A DNA stretch of 11,231 nt. Source: Armatimonadota bacterium (GTDB lineage Bacteria > Armatimonadota > Zipacnadia > Zipacnadales > UBA5352). A program made the translations under genes and the position numbers. Below, one piece after another: positions 6,501 to 11,231 of the stretch (positions within the stretch are counted from its first letter, which is position 1; every line of letters begins with the position of its first letter). The notes under the pieces are model-generated. The model saw nothing but the letters and a program-made list of their open reading frames with translations, had not been told where the DNA came from and ran no database searches. The stretch covers positions 1-11,231 of the forward strand of contig JAYENL010000328.1 in assembly GCA_034722055.1 (NCBI GenBank). Direction: 5' to 3'.

Positions 6501-9064
6501 TCCTGGGGCGTCATCTGACTCAGCGGCGTCCAGGCCACCTTGCCCTCTGGCACCTCCTGCAGCGCCCGGTGCATGGGGTCCCACGCGCTGGCTGTGTTGA
6601 CCTGCTGGGCGTCCAGCGCCACCCGCTCCTCATCCGCCTCCTCCAGGAACGGCTTCACCAGCTCCTCCCCCACCGCCGTCCAGTTGTCGTCGGCCTCCTC
6701 CGCCGGCCAGATCCTGGCGACGATCTCCGCGAACTGCTGCTGCTGAAACTCGTCCAGGTTATTGGCCTGCCACTCCGCCGACAGCACCCGGTTGCGCAGG
6801 GACGCCGCGCTGCCGACTCCGTCGTTCGCCAGCATCCGACCAGCGTACTCGCGCAGCGCCTCCTCCAGCTCCGGGCCGTACTTGGCCTCCAGCAGCTCCG
6901 CCACATCCACGTCCCACCCCTCGACCTGCTCGATGTCGGCTTCCTCGTAGTAGGCGTCGGAGGGCCGGCGCATCAGCCCCTCCGCCAGCCAGCCCTTCTC
7001 GTCGTCGTCGCCAGCCTTGATCGACCGTGCCCGGTCATACAGCTCCACCTGTTCCGGGTCCGGTTCCTCCATGAGCTTGTACCACGCGCTCCGGCCCAGG
7101 CGGAGGTACTGATTGGGGCCGTCCGTCTGCAGCTCGTAATCGTCCGCGTCCAAGCCTAACGCGGCGGCGATCTGCAGGGCGCGGGCGTTGCCGACGGGGC
7201 CCAGCGCCACGTCGATGGTGTCCTCCTGTCCCTCCATCAGCGCCGCGTTCAGCGCCCCCATCATCTGCAGCTGGCCCAGGGCCAGGCCCAGGGTCTCGCG
7301 CGCCTCATGCAGGTGCTCGAGCTTCTCCTCGTTGGCCGCCGACGCTGCCTCCAGCCCTTCCGGTCCCAGCTCGCCGATGGTGCCCAGCCCGTCGAAGGCG
7401 TGCGCCGCCGCCTCCAGGTGTTCCCGTGCCCGCCTGACGGCCTCCTGTGCTTGCTCCGTCTGCTGCTGCATATGATGCTCGCGCAGCGTCTCGCGTATGG
7501 CGGCGGCGTCGTCGCCGGTATGGCGCATGATCTGCCGTGCCATCAGCGCGGCGGCCGTCTCCGGCCCCAGCAGGTCCAGCACCTCCCGCGGGATGGTCAG
7601 CGGCTGGCGAAACACCGCCTGCGCCACCTCCTCCAGCTGCACGTGCCGGCCCTCCAGCAGGTGCTGCTGCAGCGTCTTCGGGCCGCCCTCGATCTCCTCC
7701 GTCTCGGTGAGCAGGCGCACGGCGGCCGTGGTCTGAGCCCGCTCCTGCAGGCTCTGTTCCACCTTGTGTAGTGCCTCCTCGTCCGATAGCGGTTCGATCT
7801 CCACCAACGCCGAACCCGCTGCCACCTTAGTCACGTCGGTGGGTGCGGCCCCCTTAACCTCGCGCTCCATGGCCTGCAGCTGCCGCATCCGCTGTTTGAA
7901 CTTCTCCCGCGCGAGCAACACCTGCGGCGCCTTCTCCGGCGGGACCTCTATCGGGGCCTCCGGGTCGTGCAGCCCCTGCTCCCGGTAGGGCCTGTCCTCC
8001 TCTCGTGCCAGGGCCGCCATCGCCTGTAGGCTGTCTATGTAGTTGCGGGCGCGACCAGCGTCCTCGATGTAACCCTCCTGCTCGGCCACCAGCAGGGCCT
8101 CGTTGGTGATGATCTTCCCGCGCCTGCGGGCCTGCTCAGGAGACAGACCGTTCTCGCGCGCCAGTGTCTCCACCTCCGCCATGTACCCCAGGCCGGTGTC
8201 CTCCACCTCGTCGGCAGTGAGGTCCTCCGGTCGGCTGCTTCCCAATGCCTCGATCATGTCCCGTTCGTGCCGTTCGATGACCGCGTCCTGCACCTGCTTC
8301 TCCACCTTATCGGCGGCCCGCAGCAGCCTGCGCCGGCGCTCGCGCTCCAGCCGGTCCGCTGTCTTCCCTGGCAGCTGCTCCTTCACGCGTTCGTCGAGCT
8401 GAGTAGGCTCCCAGCCGAGCAGTTCCCCCAGCTCCGCCAGGTGCTCGGCCTCCGCCTTCTCCCGCCCGCTTTGCAGTTCAGAGAGGGTCTCCAGCCGCTG
8501 CCGTTCGCGTTCCGCGATCTCCTCCTCGGTCAGTCCCGCCTGTCTGGCCTCCTCTCGCTCGCGGGCGCGACGCTGCTCGCGCTTCGCCTTCCGCTCCTCC
8601 CGCTTTCGGCGGGCCTCCGTTCGGTACTGGCCCTTGGTCTTCACGCCGGTGATACGCCGGTAGTTGAGCGCGCCGCCAGCGCCGCCGACGATGGTGCCAC
8701 TTCCGCTCTCGCCCTTGGGGTCATCCATCCGCAGCAGGACGGGATAACCCTCCTCCTCCTCGCCGTGCGGATGCACGGTGATCCAGCGGTAGCGGGGGTC
8801 CTTGCGCCAGTCCACCGTCTCGGCAGCGGCCTTGGAGACCAGCATCGTACGCGGGGGGCGCTGGCCGTGCCGGCTGGCCTGCACGTGCTCGACATGGCCG
8901 CACAGCGGGCAGACCTCCACCTCATAGGTGTCGCCGTCATCGGCCAGCACGGGCAGCGCGTACATGGTCAGGTGATAGCACTGATCCGGCCGCAGCATCG
9001 GCCACGGCAGCTCCCGCTGCTTGCCGCCCTCCGGCCTGCGCTTGGAGAAGGTCAACGTCGCCAT
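3515..9064 (-). CDS. Large multidomain protein (1849 aa) with C-terminal SNF2/SF2 DExH helicase-ATPase containing an intein; DarB/polyvalent-like putative virion cargo
   Basis: Helicase motifs in order: Q-motif HQQRAI, Walker A HSTG[intein]SGKS, Ia FLVPP, II VDEGH, III SATP, IV LVFAQS, V GSAAAAIGLNL, VI QREGRQNR. The first ~1090 aa are charged and helical, with a WITVHPHG...GGAGGALN motif. RBS AGGAGG lies 7 nt before the ATG. Confidence 0.88.
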   Translation of the reverse strand: MATLTFSKRRPEGGKQRELPWPMLRPDQCYHLTMYALPVLADDGDTYEVEVCPLCGHVEHVQASRHGQRPPRTMLVSKAAAETVDWRKDPRYRWITVHPHGEEEEGYPVLLRMDDPKGESGSGTIVGGAGGALNYRRITGVKTKGQYRTEARRKREERKAKREQRRAREREEARQAGLTEEEIAERERQRLETLSELQSGREKAEAEHLAELGELLGWEPTQLDERVKEQLPGKTADRLERERRRRLLRAADKVEKQVQDAVIERHERDMIEALGSSRPEDLTADEVEDTGLGYMAEVETLARENGLSPEQARRRGKIITNEALLVAEQEGYIEDAGRARNYIDSLQAMAALAREEDRPYREQGLHDPEAPIEVPPEKAPQVLLAREKFKQRMRQLQAMEREVKGAAPTDVTKVAAGSALVEIEPLSDEEALHKVEQSLQERAQTTAAVRLLTETEEIEGGPKTLQQHLLEGRHVQLEEVAQAVFRQPLTIPREVLDLLGPETAAALMARQIMRHTGDDAAAIRETLREHHMQQQTEQAQEAVRRAREHLEAAAHAFDGLGTIGELGPEGLEAASAANEEKLEHLHEARETLGLALGQLQMMGALNAALMEGQEDTIDVALGPVGNARALQIAAALGLDADDYELQTDGPNQYLRLGRSAWYKLMEEPDPEQVELYDRARSIKAGDDDEKGWLAEGLMRRPSDAYYEEADIEQVEGWDVDVAELLEAKYGPELEEALREYAGRMLANDGVGSAASLRNRVLSAEWQANNLDEFQQQQFAEIVARIWPAEEADDNWTAVGEELVKPFLEEADEERVALDAQQVNTASAWDPMHRALQEVPEGKVAWTPLSQMTPQDKALLRQYFWTHLTDEEPPAAAETREERAARAEAAEEIIAGQSNIFGEVEPVTRGETEAFQERVEAEEAERAENAWTRYVRAQKGTHKAYRSLQALVQGDLLTSFGEHYARETGRELRSAPADLPNALGHVVGLMPRDALERVLDADDKVLRQQYESLRKRDAAGRYAPGAVKDLAQRILEKAKKMQLTLFTEREPAASRTSIGRTAENQARRVWSNVAPNFDPERPVEIIHDLNMDGRYVHQQRAIKLLEQNKRIGLHHSTGCVAGDTVLIDPMTQQQKTVREHYQDGTAPRVLSLDHDGHFHVAEAAVPFIKGSERLFRVVSDDGNQITVARSHLFLTPGGWRRLADLDPGDLVAAATAASRSRTDRPTCEMSADRSQGANISPAAAMCRVSRDRAADRHRYGHVAYPVGTASEPVVCSTPYWVRVSTIEAGAEEEYFDFEVPVYHNYVAHGLIHHNSGKSLVAIGGFTDLHSKGQVKRGLFLVPPKIQAQFGGEMNRYVEPGRFRHFADPSADAEERRAAYADPERDMVAVSHQAWRDDVTWAVAQQRFDGNTEQAAQWLREASPDETSSAVQEAIDAQGWQFDFNMVDEGHDTLNRKGKPDSRLARVIDATTERAGYFISASATPVKNDPSEVYDLLYKIRPDKFPRDGYEEFRRRYGLNTEANRQALQRLVMPYFYANNVDTGVMEAHEDIGVGLSEWQRDRYRQVLEAYNDARRVPQGSEAQREALARLMPEEALAGLEGEARAQKLDDVGRSLGFARDRAVARVLEHAPPEHNPRIQKVIALAEKHRGDDADEGMIPGLVFAQSLQSVDMLADALEKAGFRVGKITGKLDGEETELQRMRFNADAGRGQETLEEEARTRRQQAQYDVLVGSAAAAIGLNLERARWLVHYDQPWTAKEMRQREGRQNRLTQRWGNVSVYTLGTNVPYERRRRKLLEEKQGLMSTFMEPTEQIDDTGLAREIREARGERLTRGLHRATGAARGVLAEAAT
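5215..5242 (+). promoter_or_regulatory. Putative antisense sigma70-type promoter inside the intein
   Basis: Perfect TTGACA (5215-5220), 16-nt spacer, TGTACT (5237-5242; 4/6 match to TATAAT), 17 nt upstream of ATG 5260. Confidence 0.35.
5260..5514 (+). CDS. Antisense HTH-like mini-protein (84 aa) nested in the intein linker; possibly a homing-endonuclease remnant
   Basis: MPCRQDRPRVHIDVDQLRDLATRGTLRQQEICSRLGICPQTFRKLVDQYEIDWRP shows a tri-helical HTH pattern. The overlapping intein-frame linker is Ser/Arg/Ala-rich and looks non-globular. Confidence 0.55.
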   Translation: MPCRQDRPRVHIDVDQLRDLATRGTLRQQEICSRLGICPQTFRKLVDQYEIDWRPLQQRRDRRGRDRPADASPQASETDESAPP

Positions 9065-9071
9065 AGATCGG

Positions 9072-9077
9072 CCTCCT
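9072..9077 (-). promoter_or_regulatory. Shine-Dalgarno of the large helicase gene
   Basis: Minus strand reads TAA-gt-AGGAGG-ccgatct-ATG. Confidence 0.85.
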
Positions 9078-9079
9078 AC

Positions 9080-11231
9080 TTAGTCGCCAAATCGCACCAG
9101 TGCAGCCGGCGGTGCTGGCATCAGCAGCGGCAGGACCGCTTCATACAGCCGGCGCACCCACGGCCTGCCCATCCGATCCACCAGCGGCAGGTCGCGGGCC
9201 AGCTCCCGCGCCCAGGCCGCGGCCAGGTCCAGCGCCCGTTCCTCTGGCCAGTACACACCGCGGCGCACCGTGGCCACCAGCACGCGGGCGGTATCTGCCA
9301 TTGCCAGCGCCTCGCGCTCCCCGAGCTGCCGTGAGCCCTCCTCCACCAGCGCCGCCAGCGGCGCCAGGTCTTCAGCACCCACGGCCTTGAGCAGCTGCAG
9401 CTGGCCCTGGGGGGCGGGCACCTCGGCAGCTCTCGCTCGCGTGGCAGTCGCCTCCCCGGCCGCCCTGTAAGCCTTCCACAGGCGGCGCGTGTCACTGGCC
9501 AGCCGCCGCCGCACGGTCCACAGGCCCCGATGTATCTGGCTCTCTGCGGCAGCGAAGTCCGTGTCGTGGCTGTCCTCCAGCAGGTGGGCAAACTCGTGCA
9601 CCGCCTCGGCGAACAGGAAGTTGTCCAGGGCGTCGGGGCTGATCATGGCCTCGCTGACGTAGCTCACGTTCAGCCCTACGCTCTCGCCCCGCATGCCAGC
9701 GTGTGTCATCGACGCCACCGCTGGCACGTCGCCGGGGATGGCGTCAACCGGCACCGGATCGAGGTGCCTGCCAGCGAGGTGGTTCGCGACCGCCGTCATG
9801 TACCACTGGCCGATCAGCAAGCCGGCCAGCTGGTGGATGCCGATGCTGCGTGACTCGCCTGCAGGGGTCTCCGGACCCAGGAAGCGGCCGGCGGTGGCAT
9901 CCAGCGCCACGGTGTCGTCGGGCGGCCTTGGCCCCCAGGTCTCTCCCAGGCCCAGCTCCGCACGCGCGAAGCTCATATCCTGCAGCGCTTCAGGCGGTTG
10001 GGGGCCGGTCTTCCGCCTGGCCTCCCTGTACTCATGCAACTCGTCGGTGAGCTTACCTAGCTCCTGCACCAGGGCGTGGATCTTGCGGGCGTTGTCGGGG
10101 CTGAGGTCGGACTGACGCAGTAGGACCGGGCAGGCCTCCGCCTCCCCCTCGATGGTGGCGCCGGTCTTCTCCTCCACCGTGAGCTGCTCGAGCTGGTCGC
10201 GCAGCCAGCTCTTCCCCACGTCCAGCTTCAGGCCGGTGCGGTGGGGGTCGAAGGGGTAAGTCTCGCTGCCCGGCCGGGCGGTGGTCTCCACATCCACCAC
10301 GTAAAAGCCCCTGGCGCGGGTGCCCTCGACCACCTGCGCCAGGCCGCCCAGGCGAATGACCAGGTTCTCCCACCCCTGCTCCCACTCGATCTCCGGCTCG
10401 CCTCTCTCGCGCCGCCGTTCGTTCTCCTTGTCGATGTCCACCTTGTAGAGGCGGAGCGTGGTCTCCCCGTCGTTGAAGGTCGTCTCCGCAAGCGGCTTCC
10501 GCCGCGTGGTGGACAGGCCACTGACCTCGCCGTTGTAATTGCCGTGCCAGTCGTCGCTGATCTCCGCGCGCATGGTGATCCCGCGCCCGACGTCGGAGCA
10601 CTGCATGTACCGCAATCCCTTACGCAGGCCTGGGGCCGCCGCCGCGCTGATGTGGTCCCAGCGAATGGCGGTCCCCTGACGCTCCGGCACCACGCGGAAG
10701 CCGGTGACCTTCTCCAGCTCGTGGCTGGCCAGCGCCAGGTCGCGGGTGTGAATCGACCAGGTGCCACCCTTCTGCGGGTCGGACAGGGAGAGGATGACCG
10801 CCTTCGCCACGCCGAAGCCGCCGACGGCCCCGACCTCGTGCGCCTTGCCCGTCTCACCCAGGCACAGGAACTTGTGCTCGAGGGTGTCCGCGTCCATGCC
10901 CACGCCGGTGTCCTCGAACCATGCCTGCTGCCTGCTGGCGTCGTAGCCGAAGGCGATCTCTCCACCGCCCACGGCCTCGCAGGCGTCGCGGCTGTTCTGC
11001 AGCGCCTCCCGCACCGCCATCTGGGCCACTATGCGCGGGGAGCCGTAGGCCTTCTCGGCGAACATGCTCCAGACGACCTCGGGGTTCACGCCCAGGGCGA
11101 TCTTATGGCCCCGCTCGCGGACGGCTACATCGAAGTGTATGCGGGTCCGTGGCCGCACCGGCTTCTGCCTGCTCACCCCGGAGGGCCGGAACTGCCCGCC
11201 CTTCGGATGCCCCTTCGGCCAGCGCGGGTGC
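9080..11231 (-). CDS. GHKL (Hsp90/MORC-like) ATPase plus HExxH zincin-like metallopeptidase protein, 5'-partial (>=716 aa)
   Basis: GHKL boxes REALQNSRDA (N), FEDTGVGM (G1), GETGK...GGFGVA (G2). AVHEFAHLLEDSH at 9566-9598. The frame stays open upstream of the GTG at 11176 (HPRWPKGHPKGGQFRPSG) to the window edge, so the true start probably lies outside the window. Confidence 0.82.
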   Translation of the reverse strand, partial: HPRWPKGHPKGGQFRPSGVSRQKPVRPRTRIHFDVAVRERGHKIALGVNPEVVWSMFAEKAYGSPRIVAQMAVREALQNSRDACEAVGGGEIAFGYDASRQQAWFEDTGVGMDADTLEHKFLCLGETGKAHEVGAVGGFGVAKAVILSLSDPQKGGTWSIHTRDLALASHELEKVTGFRVVPERQGTAIRWDHISAAAAPGLRKGLRYMQCSDVGRGITMRAEISDDWHGNYNGEVSGLSTTRRKPLAETTFNDGETTLRLYKVDIDKENERRRERGEPEIEWEQGWENLVIRLGGLAQVVEGTRARGFYVVDVETTARPGSETYPFDPHRTGLKLDVGKSWLRDQLEQLTVEEKTGATIEGEAEACPVLLRQSDLSPDNARKIHALVQELGKLTDELHEYREARRKTGPQPPEALQDMSFARAELGLGETWGPRPPDDTVALDATAGRFLGPETPAGESRSIGIHQLAGLLIGQWYMTAVANHLAGRHLDPVPVDAIPGDVPAVASMTHAGMRGESVGLNVSYVSEAMISPDALDNFLFAEAVHEFAHLLEDSHDTDFAAAESQIHRGLWTVRRRLASDTRRLWKAYRAAGEATATRARAAEVPAPQGQLQLLKAVGAEDLAPLAALVEEGSRQLGEREALAMADTARVLVATVRRGVYWPEERALDLAAAWARELARDLPLVDRMGRPWVRRLYEAVLPLLMPAPPAALVRFGD

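Larger units (their letters stand above)
1..11231 (-). mobile_element. Tailed-phage/prophage head-morphogenesis module (putative cargo enzymes - prohead protease/scaffold - major capsid)
   Basis: Co-oriented, tightly packed minus-strand genes with the usual protease-scaffold-capsid order. No host housekeeping genes, integrase or att site are visible, so free phage, prophage and phage-plasmid cannot be told apart. Confidence 0.9.

Noticed and set aside
1016..9334. Long + strand ORFs (1016-1777, 1838-2470, 3563-5056, 5642-7159, 8267-9334 and others)
   Set aside because: Antisense shadows of high-GC minus-strand genes: biased L/V/R/H or poly-Ser composition and no recognisable motifs. Only 5260-5514 was kept, for its HTH pattern and position in the intein linker.
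11174..11176. GTG 11176 as start of the GHKL protein
   Set aside because: No convincing SD, and the frame remains open and motif-bearing to the window edge.
9080..11231. GHKL + SNF2 pair as a host defence island, or the GHKL gene as htpG/gyrB/mutL
   Set aside because: The genes are embedded in a phage head operon, lack nuclease or methylase partners in the window, and the sequence beyond the ATPase boxes does not resemble those housekeeping proteins.

Overview
High-GC phage or prophage head-morphogenesis operon, with all major genes on the minus strand. In transcription order it holds: (i) a 5'-truncated protein combining a GHKL ATPase and an HExxH metallopeptidase motif (9080->11231); (ii) a 1849-aa multidomain protein ending in a SNF2/SF2 helicase, whose Walker A is split by a 196-aa mini-intein (3515-9064); (iii) two small translationally coupled ORFs; (iv) a prohead protease fused to an acidic scaffold, with a probable internal start (1025-2704); and (v) a major capsid protein missing from the ORF track (<1-914), resembling SPO1/Twort/K-type (Herelleviridae-like) capsids. 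The intein linker appears to code on the opposite strand for an HTH mini-protein downstream of a perfect TTGACA. The protease carries a 25-aa near-copy of the capsid N-arm. Hydrophobic-x-K|A/S motifs and short head-protein-type motifs recur in the enzyme genes, suggesting these are processed, virion-packaged effectors. All family assignments are from motif recognition by eye; no database search was run.
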